64,000 nucleotides of DNA from Octopus sinensis (GCF_006345805.1 NW_021830463.1:5087-69086); one strand, 5' to 3'. Positions 11,675 to 24,630 are shown, counted from the first letter of the stretch. Made by a program: numbers and translations. The notes: generated by a model from the sequence alone, not told the origin.

Positions 11675-12958
11675 CTAAGTGCTAAGGATAACTGGTGGAT
11701 GGTTCGAATCTTTGCTAATATACGATAGCTTTTCATTGGGCTTACGGAAAGGTTTAAATCTATCCGATCTTACATTAAAATTTACGTCTAAAAAATCTAC
11801 ACTATTCAGGTTAGCATCTATCGTAATCCGTAAGCCCATCCTTTGAAAGAAAGCTATAAGGTCCTTCCTAAGTCTATCTGATTCATGGCCGTTTAGATTA
11901 TGCGTGGCTATAAGGCCGTCATCCCTATATAAACCTGCATCTATAAATGGGAATTCTATTTTTAGATTATGGAGAATAAAGGCTCCTATGAGCATACATA
12001 ATTCAGCCCCTTCGTATGCCCCCATCGGTACATCGAAAAGAGAATCCTCAGTCTTCTTAATCCAGGTGGAATCCTCGAAAAAAAGAAGCGATTTTCTCGC
12101 ATGCATAATAATTTCAATTTCCGAGCTATCGATGTTGACATACTGCTTGGCGAAGTCCAATGCCCTTAGGAGCAACGTCCTAGATATCGACGGGTAAAAG
12201 TCAATAATGTCGAATTGTGTGAAACTACAATTATTCTTATAGCTAATACCTTTAAACCACTCTATAACTGACTTACTATTCTTCCAAATTCTCAAATCTA
12301 CTTCACTATCTAACTTAACTAAAATACGGTCCAAAATATTTTTGCTAATAATTCCTATCTCAGTTTTAGCCGGATTTATCAATCTACATTTGGGGTTTCT
12401 ACTAAAATTGTCTTTATGGTCTTTCAGAGTAATAAAAGCTGGTCGTGGTGAAAGGCATTCAATCCTATCGCTAATCTTAAGATCGTTAGCTATTCCTCTT
12501 GCTTCTAAGTTCACCTCTTTGTATATATTCGTGTTGTCTTTTTTGTATGTGTCCGTGACACTATTCGAAATCAGGCGTTTATAAACGTCCTTATCAAGTG
12601 CATATAAGTTCCTTGTCTTGTCAGAATTAACGAAGATCTTATTCGAGTCGTTAATCTCCTTAATTTTTTCTCTCATGTTTTTTTGCAATTGGTTGGTATA
12701 TTTGCGGAATTTAATTTTCCTAATAAGCTCGAAAAGGTCTTTCTCGAAGGCTTCTAATTCCGGAATCGGTGGCGGGTTTCTGGGAGATTTAAATCCATAT
12801 TTGTTTCCTTCTATTTTCTGTTTATTATCAAAGAAGAAGGCTTTCCATCTCAGTCTTCTAATAAACTCTTCCGTTTTCTCTATAAGACCTTTGATATATT
12901 GTTTCCGTGCAGGGATAGGTATATTTTTCTGAGAAAAATCCAGCGGGTAAAGTTCCAT
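11675..12958 (-). CDS. PLE reverse transcriptase (N-terminal 427 aa of a frameshifted RT-EN polyprotein)
   Basis: Motifs: DIIDFYPSI (motif A), VPMGAYEGAELC (motif B'), YRDDG (motif C), VDFLDV, YISKDSNHPP. The TAG stop follows a 1-nt deletion at ~11683. Confidence 0.92.
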   Translation of the reverse strand: MELYPLDFSQKNIPIPARKQYIKGLIEKTEEFIRRLRWKAFFFDNKQKIEGNKYGFKSPRNPPPIPELEAFEKDLFELIRKIKFRKYTNQLQKNMREKIKEINDSNKIFVNSDKTRNLYALDKDVYKRLISNSVTDTYKKDNTNIYKEVNLEARGIANDLKISDRIECLSPRPAFITLKDHKDNFSRNPKCRLINPAKTEIGIISKNILDRILVKLDSEVDLRIWKNSKSVIEWFKGISYKNNCSFTQFDIIDFYPSISRTLLLRALDFAKQYVNIDSSEIEIIMHARKSLLFFEDSTWIKKTEDSLFDVPMGAYEGAELCMLIGAFILHNLKIEFPFIDAGLYRDDGLIATHNLNGHESDRLRKDLIAFFQRMGLRITIDANLNSVDFLDVNFNVRSDRFKPFRKPNEKLSYISKDSNHPPVILST

Positions 12959-13124
12959 CTTTTTCAGCTGTTTGTTCTTCCTAGTTGTGCAGAGTCGCTC
13001 AAACTTTTACAAGGAGCGGGTTAGACCGGAGTAAACACATAAATGTGAAACAAGGTGGAAAAAAGAGTACTCAAATACCAGTGGTAGAGTAATATGCTTT
13101 ATTTTAAGCAGCAGAAAATTCAAC

Positions 13125-13171
13125 AAAATCTGTTACTCTGAGTTTCTCGTTGCCGTTCATCAGACAGTTTT
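13125..13171 (-). ncRNA. Minimal type-I hammerhead ribozyme (PLE family, upstream of ORF)
   Basis: Identical 47-nt motif to 9773-9819. The predicted cleavage lies ~175 nt upstream of the ATG at 12958. Confidence 0.75.
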
Positions 13172-14178
13172 TGCTAGAATGGAACTTATATATTAATTCA
13201 ATCTATACTCTTACAAACGCTACACCTTTAAAAAGAAATGGACTTGTTTGATTGGCCCTTTAGAAAAAACGGTCAATCTTCGAGCGATAAACAAAAAGGT
13301 CACAAATATATGTATATATATATAAAAAAACTTATAAAAATTATAAAATCCGAGGAAAAAACCGAGGAAAAAACCTATTGCCGTTAATGAAGACAGTACA
13401 AATTAATGCATAGAAATTAAACTTGTTATAAATACTGCAATACATATTTATATTAAAATCTACATATATATATCAACATACACAAAAGGATGCGCGTAAA
13501 CGCCATACATACATATACAGACGTATGAATATGAATCTAAATATACACATAAAAGCATGTGTACATATATTCACGCAAACCGTCTCGCACGCAAGCTAAA
13601 ATTCATCTATGTAGCAATTCTCATATACCGAGCAAGGAGGGGGAACGAAAGAAAGGGAAAGAGAGAAAAAGGAACGAAGGAGGGGTGGGGAAAAAACTTG
13701 TAACGATGTTATTGGCATCTATAGAGACCAGTATACATACACAAGTTTGAACTGATACATATACATACCGTCGTGTATATGTGTGCTTAAGCACAAGCAT
13801 ACTTTCACTTACACATACACAGATACGCATGCTTACAAATACATATGCTTTGCTATACACATACTTATATAAACATTCTAATTTTGACAACATTGCTTTT
13901 TTTTAAAAAAAACATTGCTTTTAAAAAAAATGGGTGCATTAATAAAAATATATACGAAAGACATATAAAATAAAATATAACATCCTATTTTGGGTCATTT
14001 ATAAATAATCAAGGTAATATAAAAAATCAAGGTAATCCTATGCAATACAATAACATGAAAACAAAGTTTGTAGGTTTTTCCTAATATATATGTAGAAACA
14101 TAAGACTTTGCTATAAATCCGTCGTAGCGCTCAAGAGTCAAAATCAAAATCAAAAATCAAAAATACAAAATATATACT

Positions 14179-14556
14179 CTATCCATATGGTATATTTATA
14201 TTCGATATTTTAAATTTAGCCGCGTGCCTACATAAGTTCATTAACTCACTTCTTTGATTCAAAGAATTATTGTCTTTGAATAAGATGTGCATTTTTTCTA
14301 ATAGGCAGAGTCTGCACTTGAAATTATATTTGTAAGCTCCATGTCTGTATGGTGCCGCCCTGTCCAGAATGCTCCATGTCACGTTGAAAGGTGGGGCTTC
14401 CTTTTCTTTTAGTTCCCAGACATATTTTGCTAGGCTGGTTTTCTTCCTATTCTCTGGGTATTTAAAAGAATTCTTATGAGAATAAAATCTTGTTTTAAAT
14501 GAATTTTCTGAAGCCCCTGTGTATGTCTTGTATTCCGATGAGCCTTCCACTTGCAC
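14179..14556 (-). pseudogene. 3' fragment of the PLE endonuclease in the tandem partial copy
   Basis: The translation is identical to the C-terminus of the 10824-11501 product. Confidence 0.9.
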
Positions 14557-14560
14557 CTTG

Positions 14561-14913
14561 GCTCCTGTCCGTTAGAAGGGAAATGTCTAGTGAAAGGAGT
14601 AGTTTATATAGCCAAGGTGCAAATGGAAGGCTCATCGGAATACAAGACATACACAGGGGCTTCAGAAAATTCATTTAAAACAAGATTTTATTCTCATAAG
14701 AATTCTTTTAAATACCCAGAGAATAGGAAGAAAACCAGCCTAGCAAAATATGTCTGGGAACTAAAAGAAAAGGAAGCCCCACCTTTCAACGTGACATGGA
14801 GCATTCTGGACAGGGCGGCACCATACAGACATGGAGCTTACAAATATAATTTCAAGTGCAGCCTCTGCCTATTAGAAAAAATGCACATCTATTCAAAGAC
14901 AATAATTCTTTGA
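14561..14913 (+). pseudogene. Inverted partial copy of the PLE endonuclease
   Basis: Translates as SCPLEGKCLVKGVVY...CSLCLLEK, then frameshifts. It joins the minus-strand copy at a 4-bp microhomology (gctc, 14561-14564). Confidence 0.88.
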
Positions 14914-15539
14914 ATCAAAGAAGTGAGTTAATGAACTTATGTAGGCACGCGGCTAAATTTAAAATATCGAATATAAATATACCATATGGATAGAGTATAT
15001 ATTTTGTATTTTTGATTTTTGATTTTGATTTTGATTTTGACTCCTTCGTTCCTTTTTCTCTCTTTCCCTTTCTTTCGTTCCCCCTCCTTGCTCGGTATAT
15101 GAGAATTGCTACATAGATGAATTTTAGCTTGCGTGCGAGACGGTTTGCGTGAATATATGTACATATGCTTTTATGTGTATATTTAGGTTCATATTCATAC
15201 GTCTGTATATGTATGTATGGCGTTTACGCGCATCCTTTTGTGTATGTTGATATATATATGTAGATTTTAATATAAATATGTATTGCAGTATTTATAACAA
15301 GTTTAATTTCTATGCATTAATTTGTACTGTCTTCATTAACAGCAATAGGTTTTTTCCTTTGATTTTATAATTTTTATAAGTTTTTTTATATATATATACA
15401 TATATTTGTGACCTTTTTGTTTATCGCTCGAAGATTGACCGTTTTTTCTAAAGGGCCAATCAAACAAGTCCATTTCTTTTTAAAGGTGTAGCGTTTGTAA
15501 GAGTATAGATTGAATTAATATATAAGTTCCATTCTAGCA

Positions 15540-15586
15540 AAAACTGTCTGATGAACGGCAACGAGAAACTCAGAGTAACAGATTTT
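15540..15586 (+). ncRNA. Minimal type-I hammerhead ribozyme (PLE family, inverted copy)
   Basis: aaaactgt ctgatga acggcaacga gaaa ctcagagta acagatttt, read directly on the + strand. Confidence 0.75.
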
Positions 15587-15692
15587 GTTGAATTTTCTGC
15601 TGCTTAAAATAAAGCATATTACTCTACCACTGGTATTTGAGTACTCTTTTTTCCACCTTGTTTCACATTTATGTGTTTACTCCGGTATATAT

Positions 15693-15773
<81 letters not shown>

Positions 15774-16522
15774 TATATATATACATATACATACATACAT
15801 ACTTGCGCACCCACCACAAATACATATATTAATAGTTTGGTATATGGTAGTAATATGTTACAATCAGAAGGACATTGCGTATTGTCCTTGACATGTGACA
15901 TATGCGGAAATTTCCTCTGTTGTATCACTTTTGGTGCTTTCTGCCAGTTAAAATATGAGGAAAGTTCATATACTTATCATTATGTGTTCCAGTTCTCTTC
16001 TTTGATCTACCAAACTTACGCACAAACACCTGAGCTAAATCACAGGGGCTTCAGAAATCTATACTTATCCTCATGCATATAAACCACGGCCCCAAATGCA
16101 GACTTATCAACCCACATAGATACAATTTGATATAATTGTTAGCTGGGTAATTTTTAGAGTCAAAAATATCGGATAGAAGATTTTGCCTTAAACGTATTTC
16201 GTTCTGAGTACAAACCTTGCGAACCTGTCCCTTTTTCCGTTTTCAATGTAAATTTTACCCTGTTGTCAACGGCCACATTTCGGGGTATGGTGACCCTTGC
16301 TGGTTATCTAAGCATAATAAACCTTCAACTTTCAGGGAAACGCAGTAGCCCGTACATCAATATCTTTGTTAAACCAATAGAAAATTAAAACGGGTGGACC
16401 TTACATAAAAATACAAATAAAAACATTTATTATAATTGCGTGTATATGTTTTCGTGGGTATGTGTGCGCATGCATATGTCCTTCTCTCCCTCTCTTTTCC
16501 CCCCTCTCTCTGCCTACAAATG

Positions 16523-16587
<65 letters not shown>

Positions 16588-16669
16588 TACATACACACAC
16601 ATATATATATATATATATATATTCATATATATAATATATATGTATGTATGTATATATATATATATATAC

Positions 16670-16728
<59 letters not shown>

Positions 16729-17443
16729 ATATATATATATACATATATCTGTTTGTGTGTGTGTGTGTATGTGTTCAAATCTGTAGATCAGACGGGATTA
16801 ACAGAACTGAAAACACGCTATGCACATAACATAATCGGTCCATGATTATTTATAAATACACGTATGTGCATCTTTGTGCTTTCGTCCGTGCGTGTATATA
16901 CGTATGTGCACAAGATGTAAATGAATAACCAACACCGGCTCGTGGATGAATAGCTTCTCTTAATAGAATGTTTGGTGTCAATGTCGGACCAATAGTTTCT
17001 TACTGACACTTCGCAGTTATTGAACCGTAGATTGTTTGCCTTGCAAGTATGGCTCCTATGTCAGGCTTATTCAAATTGCAGTTGAATACTTGGAAAGATT
17101 CATCGTGAATCACTTACAACACCTATCATTCATTACACACACATTCGCATACACTTATACAAAGATATATGTGTAGATATTCCTCTCTCTTTGCCTACAC
17201 ACACACGCATACACACAAATAGGTATGTATATATATATATAATATATATATATAGACATACACACAGGCACACTTATATATATACATATAGATATATATA
17301 CCTATGTGTTCATTGTTACATCATGCAGGCGTGCATGCGTTTCTATATGTGAATGTGTATAAGTGGAATTCGAAAGTGGAATCTGTTGAAGTAGGTGCAT
17401 ATGCGTATGTAGTGTAAGGAAATAAATAGCTATGCCCCCTTAT

Positions 17444-17492
<49 letters not shown>

Positions 17493-17568
17493 CTATGGTC
17501 TTACCACTAAGAAATGTTCACCCTTCATTTTAAATTTATATATATATACATATGTATGTATATATATA

Positions 17569-17617
<49 letters not shown>

Positions 17618-17623
17618 TATATA

Positions 17624-17678
<55 letters not shown>

Positions 17679-17983
17679 ATATATATATATTATATTATAT
17701 ATATATAATATATATATATTTACATATACAGATACGTATTGATGTTTGACTTACGTTAAGCTATATACAAAAACAATTTAACATTAAACTGAAAAAGTTA
17801 TCAATGATTTTTTGCGGTCTACATGCTTATTAAACATATACAAGAATTCTGGTGACATTGGATTCGATGTTTCGGCCTAGTAGCCATCGTCAGGCTTGAC
17901 ATAATCGTATGAATATCTCAAATACACATGCCAACCACACACATACACAGGCAGGTACATACATACGTATATACTCTGCATAA

Positions 17984-18049
<66 letters not shown>

Positions 18050-18742
18050 CGTACATTTATGTATTTGAATGAAGACATAGGTTTATGACGATGGAATGCA
18101 AAAAGCTGTATGAAATTTCATAGGTTGAGCACAGATTCTATACGCAGCAAGTAATTTCTCTCAATTTTTATCAGTAAACAACAAAACAAACCTCACGTCA
18201 AACCACAACACTCACACACACTTCTATATTTATACACAAATTCACGCTTCGCCCACAAACAAATATTTCATGTCGCAATGAAGGACAAATATTATTTAGA
18301 GTTTGCAATACGTTATACGACATTGCTGTTTAGGGGGTATTTTTTGATGTGGGTATTGCTGGTTCTCAATAATGCGCTATTCAAACACCATACGCTTCTA
18401 TCTACTCTACACATTTTTTTTTCATAATTCTCGATCATATTCTACCCTCTTCGTCTATTCTAATCTATTCTATTTTATTCTATTCAATTACACTTTCTTT
18501 ACGCATGCTTTAAAAAATGCTACGAATATTAATCAATATGGTCGCATTACATCCCAAACTCACTACGCATTAACTACAAGGTCATTGCGCTTACGTCACT
18601 TCCTGAACAGAATTAAAAGCTTGTTAGCAAAACTTTTTCCCCATTGATTATTTAAAAACTCACGCAGCCACACGCATTTAATTCATACATACATTCAAGC
18701 ATACGCCTGCATTTATATATATATATACATACATATACATAT

Positions 18743-18780
<38 letters not shown>

Positions 18781-18795
18781 ATACATACATATATA

Positions 18796-18873
<78 letters not shown>

Positions 18874-20062
18874 ATGCATATATATATATGTGTGTGTATA
18901 TGTATATATATGTTGTTATTTATTTATTTATTTAGTTCTCTATTTTCTTCTCCAATAGAATAAAGAAGACACTCACTCTACAAAACCATTAACCGATAAT
19001 CAGAAAATAGCCGTGCTAGGTTCGCCTTCAGGACAGCTACCTTAAAATACACTTAAAACCACAAATATGCATTCTGAATTCTTATTTTTCCGTTGGAAGG
19101 TTCAAATTGCATCAGAAATCAACTTGCAGAAGTAAACTGATTCATGAGAGGTGTGTATTTTTAAATTTTTCTCTTTTATATTTTTGTATGCGCATTTTTC
19201 GATTTTTTTTTTTTTTGTATTTCTAATTTTTCTTTCTCATATTTTCTATCTTTTTTTTTCTCCCCCGTTTGCTCTTCCATATTTTTTTTCATAACCTGCT
19301 GTTATGCTGTGTATCCGTTTTCTTTCTATATTTCTTTCTTGCATTATACTTTCTTTTCATTTTTCTTCTTCTTCTTCTTCTTCTTCTTCTTCTTCTTCTT
19401 TTCCTTCTTCTCTCTGTCAGTCTGCAGTTCTCATTCGCTCCAATGCATTCACTCACTCCTTTACCCTACATATATTTCAATCTCCTTCCTTCCTTCTTTC
19501 TTTCCTCCTTTCTTTCTCTCTCCACTTCTCCTCACACCACTCCCAGTTTCCTTTCTCCACTCCGACGCCACTACCTTAGATAAATCACCTTGGATATCCA
19601 CGAGCGTCTTAGCATCATGTTCGATGCCGCATTCTTTTTGCCTTACCATCTCCTGGTGCTGTGGTTCTTGTTATGTTATTGTTGTTGTTGTTCTTCTTCT
19701 TGTTGTTGTTCGCGCTGATGCTAGTCATTGTGTACCTTGTGATCATGTGTGTGTATATGTATGTATATATATATATATATATATATATGTAGATACATAC
19801 ATACACACATATATACATATATATATATATACACATATACATATATATAAATACATATATATATACACATGTATATGCACATATGTGTATATACAAATAT
19901 ATATATATTCATATATATATATATACATATATATATACATATATGTATATACATATATATATATATACATATATATTCATATATATACATATATATACAT
20001 ATATATATGTATATACATATATATATGCATATATATATACATATACCACACATACATACATA

Positions 20063-20105
<43 letters not shown>

Positions 20106-20199
20106 CATGTGTGTTTGTGAGTGTGGGTGTAATTTTTCCCGGTTACTTTTTATTCCTTTTATACTTATTTAGCATCTTTTTTTTTTTCATTTTAACATC

Positions 20200-20453
20200 C
20201 AAATTCCCTCGACTCTTCTTCCGTCATCACCACCACCATCACCTCCACCACGGCCCTATGACTCCTACCGCCGCTGCTGCCTCCCACCGACACTAACACT
20301 AACACTACCGGTACCACAACCATCACCAACGCCGACAAAAACCCACCGTCATCGCCGATGTCAAACCCACACCCACCACCACCACCACCACCTCCACCAC
20401 CAACACCATTACCACGATCAGTACCACCACCGACGTTACTAACGCAGTCATCG

Positions 20454-20484
<31 letters not shown>

Positions 20485-20600
20485 CACTATCTCTACCAAC
20501 ACCATAATCAGAGCCACAACAACAACCACCACCACCATCACCACAACCAACACCGCCTTCGTCATCGGTACCATCTTCACTACTTTGAAGCTCTTTAAAG
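20200..20600. repeat. (CAC)n/(CAT)n low-complexity tract
   Basis: Seen directly. Confidence 0.85.
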
Positions 20601-21710
20601 CCCGCCCTTCACACCAAAAACTTCACAATTCCGTAATCGATATTAAACCTAATTCTACCATCATAACAACCAACAAGAGTAGCTTACCATTATACACGCA
20701 AGTACTGCATATGGAAGCGCTGTAACCTGCTTCTCCACTAACAACAACACCAACAACAGCAACAATAACAACAATATGCGATGAGCCAACAACGGTTCAA
20801 TACATGGTGGAAGAACCTGCTAGAAATAGTAGCCATATAGCCCACAAATCATACATACAACAGCATCTAAAAACGAAAGCAGGTACTCATTGGTATGATT
20901 TGAGTGCATTTTTATTATAAATCTCTTAGATCAACTTTTGTTTATCATTTACTACAATAACAACAACAACAATATAGGCTAGTTGATGATCAAGGCATCC
21001 ACAGCGTCGACCACAGAAATGGCTTTGATAAGACAGCAATGAATTAAAAGTTTCTTCACTATTAATAAGATCACTAACAATCAATAACTCTGAATCGGAT
21101 GCTCAGTGGAGTAGTTAGTCGCGTTACTTAATCTATAGCCACAGAGGGAGAGAGGTAGAGAGGAAGTGAGAAGGTGGGGATGAGGGTGATGGAATGGGTG
21201 GAGGAAGATGTGATGGGGGAGAAAGAAAGAGAGATAAAGAAAGAGAAAGTTAAGTGAAAGTCGCTTCGACCCCAGCGCTAGTTCAAGTAATGCGTAAAGA
21301 CGCGTGCTTAAATATTGATTTCCAGTACAGGCACAATGCCATGGATTTGGGGAAAGGAACAGTCGATTAGATCAACCCCCATGACTAGAATGGCATTAAA
21401 TTTATCGACTCAAAGAGTAAAAAAAAAAAAAGAAAAAAATTCGAAGTGAACCATGGTGGTATTTGAACCTGGGACGTACCGGAATGAAACTTAACAACAA
21501 GAATAATTTCATATGAAAAGTTTCCTGTTTCTCCATCGGACGTCATATTAATAGACACGCGCATGCGTCCACACATGCATACACAACTATTAGTATGTTC
21601 TGCATTAACCAAAGAGCCATATTTTATTATTACTTTTTTTTTTGTGGAATGGTTCGTCGATTTTAACCAATTATATTTATCAACAACTTGAATGGTATTT
21701 ATTTTATCGA

Positions 21711-22127
21711 AGGCGGCGAGCTGGCAGAAACGTTAGCACGCCAGGCGAAATGCTTAGCAGTATTTCGTCTGCCGCTACGTTCTCAGTTCAAATTCCGCCG
21801 AGGTCGACTTTGCTTTTCATCCTTTCGGGGTCGATTAAATAAGAACCAGTTACGCACTGGGGGCGATATAATCGACTTAATCCGCCTGTCTGTCCTTATT
21901 TGTCTTCTCTGTGTTTAGCCCCCTGTGGGTAGTAAAGAAATAGGTATTTCGTCCGCCGCTACGTCCTGAGTTCAAATTCCGCCGAGGTCGACTTTGCCTT
22001 TCATCCTTTCAGGGTCGATTAAATAAGTACCAGTTATGCACTGGCGTCGATATAATCGACTTAATACGTTTGTCTGTCCTTGTTTGTCCTCTCTGTGTTT
22101 AGCCCCTTGTGGGTAGTAAAGAAATAG
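21711..22127 (+). mobile_element. tRNA-derived SINE family 2 (Meta-domain-like), dimeric
   Basis: Head aggcggcgagctggcag..gttcaaattcc. The central gcctttcatcctttcggggtcgattaaataagtaccag resembles the MetaSINE domain as I recall it. The body is repeated in tandem. Confidence 0.8.
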
Positions 22128-22292
22128 TTTTTTTTTATTCATCGACCGTGAATTGATTAGAGACAAAGTTGACATCGGTGGGATTTGAACTTGAAGAGCT
22201 AGAAGAAATGTTGTTTAGTATATTCTCTAAGGAGCGAACGATTCTGCCAGGTCGCTACCTTTGTATTTTTTTTTAACAAAGCTTTCTAAAAT

Positions 22293-22538
22293 AGTTAGTT
22301 AGTTAGTTAGTTAATTTGGCTCAAAAGCAAATAGCAAGGCCATGTAGGGGGACATGGAGTTAAGTACAGGGTGGTGTTCATGTAAAGAGTTCAGGCCACT
22401 TGAGGTCAAGGGAGGCTTTGAACAAAGCGGTCGTCGGCATCTTCACCATCTCGTCTGGCAGTTGTTCCACGGATCCGCAACCCGGACGGAGAAAGCTCCT
22501 CTCCTTCGATTGAGACGAAATCGTCGCAGGTAGAGCTT
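22293..22538 (-). mobile_element. CR1/L2-type LINE 3' end
   Basis: With one frameshift it reads KLYLRRFRLNRRRGAFSVRVADPWN-LPDEMVKMPTTALFKASLDLKWPELFT*. The tail is (TAAC)n. Confidence 0.75.
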
Positions 22539-23120
22539 TTCGGGGACAGGGCTTGAAATATTAGGGGAGATAAATAGTCGATTATATCGATCCCTGTGCT
22601 CCTCTGGCGTTCAATTTATCGACCCGAACCATGAAGGACAAAGTAAGCCCACCTCAGCGGAATTTGAACTCTGAATGTAAAGATGGATGAAAAATTGTTG
22701 ATCATTTTGTCCGGGGTGCAAACGATTCTGTCCGCTCACCGGTTGTGCTGCGTTTTAATAAAGATGATTTCATATTTTTGTTACAAGGACATCAATTTTG
22801 AGAGGAAAGGAATTCGATTACACGGATCCGTTATCAGCTGGTACATATTTTATTGACTCCGTAATTATGAAAGGGGAAAAAACTTATTTTTGAAGGCATT
22901 TGAGTGCTGGAGGAAACGCCGCATTTTGTTCGACGAACTACAAATTCAGCACGATTTGTGTTTCTTCCCACAAATGTTTTTTGCGTCGTCCGTCCTGTAA
23001 CGTTATCATTCGTTAGATGGATTTCTAAAATATATACAAGATAACTGAGGGGAAAATTACCACTGAGAAAAGGTAATAGACATAGTAATAGACATAGTAA
23101 TAGACATAGTAATAGACATA

Positions 23121-23525
23121 GGCGCAGGAGTGGCTATAGGCGCAGGAGTGGCTATGTGGTAAGTAGCTTGCTAACCAGCCACATGGTTTCGGGTTCAGTC
23201 CCACTGCGCGGCATCTTGGGCAAGTGTGTTCTGCTATAGCCCCGGGCCGACCAATGCATTGTAAGTGGATTTGGTAGACGGAAACTGAAAGAAGCCTGTC
23301 GTATATATGTATATATATATGTGTGTGTATGTGTTTGTGTGTTTGTCCCCCTAGCATTGCTTTACAACCGATGCTGGTGTGTTTATGTCTCCGTAACTTA
23401 GCGGTTTGGCAAAGGAGACCGATAGAATAAGTACTAGGCTTACAAAGAATAAGTCCTGGGGTCGATTTGCTCGTCTAAAGGCGGTGCTCCAGCATGGCCG
23501 CAGTCAAATGACTGAAACAAATATA
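23121..23525 (+). mobile_element. SINE family 1, full length with duplicated first 18 bp
   Basis: Starts ggcgcaggagtggctata ggcgcaggagtggctatgtgg. Confidence 0.85.
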
Positions 23526-23724
23526 AGAGTATAAGAGTAAGATAATTGAGGTGAAAATTACCATTGATAAAAGGAAAAATAATAGACATAGGACCAATGA
23601 TAGGATACATTACTCTTTCAAAATACAGCAACATTTGTTTCAACACATGCTTCAGAATATGTAAAAATGTAATTAGGTTTTAATTTATCAAGTTAAATGG
23701 GGATCGCGGAGTGTGAGAAGTATC

Positions 23725-23890
23725 ACAGACGAAATGCTTAGCGATATTTCATCTGCCGTTAGGTTCTGAGTTCAAATTCCGCCGAGGTCGATTTACCTTT
23801 CATCCTTTCGGGTCGATTAAATAAGTACCAGTTACGCACTGGCTCGATATAATCGACTTAATCCATTTGTCTATCCTTGTTTGTCCTCTC
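23725..23890 (+). mobile_element. SINE family 2, partial
   Basis: Homologous to 21745-21910. Confidence 0.75.
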
Positions 23891-24439
23891 GGATTTTTAC
23901 CTTTAGACCGACAGATTTAAAAAATTATTTTTTGTAAATAAAAACTTTCAAACTTCGGACACTGGTAGAATGTGTCCTATAAAACATATTTTATTCTTAG
24001 CGATTGTGAGAAAAGCTTGTATTTAGGAAGTTATTTCACGTTAAAGTTGTCGTATTCCGGTAATTTCAACCAATCAATGACGTATATTCAGGCGAATAAA
24101 ATTACTGCCGTTGTTTGTGAACAACAACTATCGGCGGTGTATTTTTCGTTTGTCACTGTTATTTATGACACCGTTCGCGCGTTTGTACTGGTTTTAGCTT
24201 TAAGGTTTCAGTGTAAAGATCCGTCCCCTCTATGTTTAGCTCCTTGTGGGTAATAAAAAAAAATTATTATTATGAAGAGAAATTAGAAGTTAATATAGTA
24301 ACACATGGTGGGCATAAATAATGTGCTTGGCTACTTTGATTTGAAAGAATAAAAGATAAGATTAATAAAGCCCGCAGATATGTGTAGTTGAAATAATTAC
24401 CTATACTGAAGTATATCGGGTTCAAATTTGGCCATAATG

Positions 24440-24630
24440 CCAGCTATTTCTAGGGAAGTCGCAAGTCGATTTCATCGAACTTAGTTTTCAACTGGCACTT
24501 TTTTTATCGACCCCTAAAGGATGAAAGGTAACGTCGACCTCGGCGGAATGTGAACTCAGAACGTAAAGACAGATGAACTACCGCGAAGCATTTTGCCCGG
24601 CGCAGTGGCGATTCTGTCAGCTAGATGCCT
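24440..24630 (-). mobile_element. SINE family 2
   Basis: Reverse-complement match. Confidence 0.7.

Larger units (their letters stand above)
9745..15686 (-). mobile_element. Penelope-like retroelement (PLE), composite insertion: full-length unit + 5'-truncated tandem copy + inverted partial copy, in (TA)n
   Basis: 9745-~11208 is repeated almost identically at 13097-14564 (offset 3352). 14561-15686 is an inverted copy carrying a ~460-bp internal deletion near 15042. The element encodes RT and GIY-YIG domains, has an HHR motif in each repeat and is flanked by (TA)n on both sides. Tandem and inverted pseudo-LTR architecture is typical of PLEs. Confidence 0.93.

Noticed and set aside
11675-11690. 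Possible stop readthrough or selenocysteine recoding in the PLE ORF
   Set aside because: The stop is TAG, and the downstream homology is in another frame. A 1-nt deletion explains it. Programmed frameshifting cannot be excluded, but I see no slippery site.
11904-12932. Plus-strand ORFs 11904-12197, 12342-12584 and 12618-12932
   Set aside because: These are antisense shadows of the PLE RT ORF.
17852-17900. Hammerhead-like CUGACGA-U-GGC-UACUAG-GCC-GAAAC on the minus strand
   Set aside because: The core and stem II look right, but stem I cannot be paired in any topology. At best a decayed remnant.
23074-23120. Short regularly repeated 12-mer (taatagacatag x4), superficially array-like
   Set aside because: There are no spacers and the context is eukaryotic. 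It is a slippage product at a SINE junction, not CRISPR.
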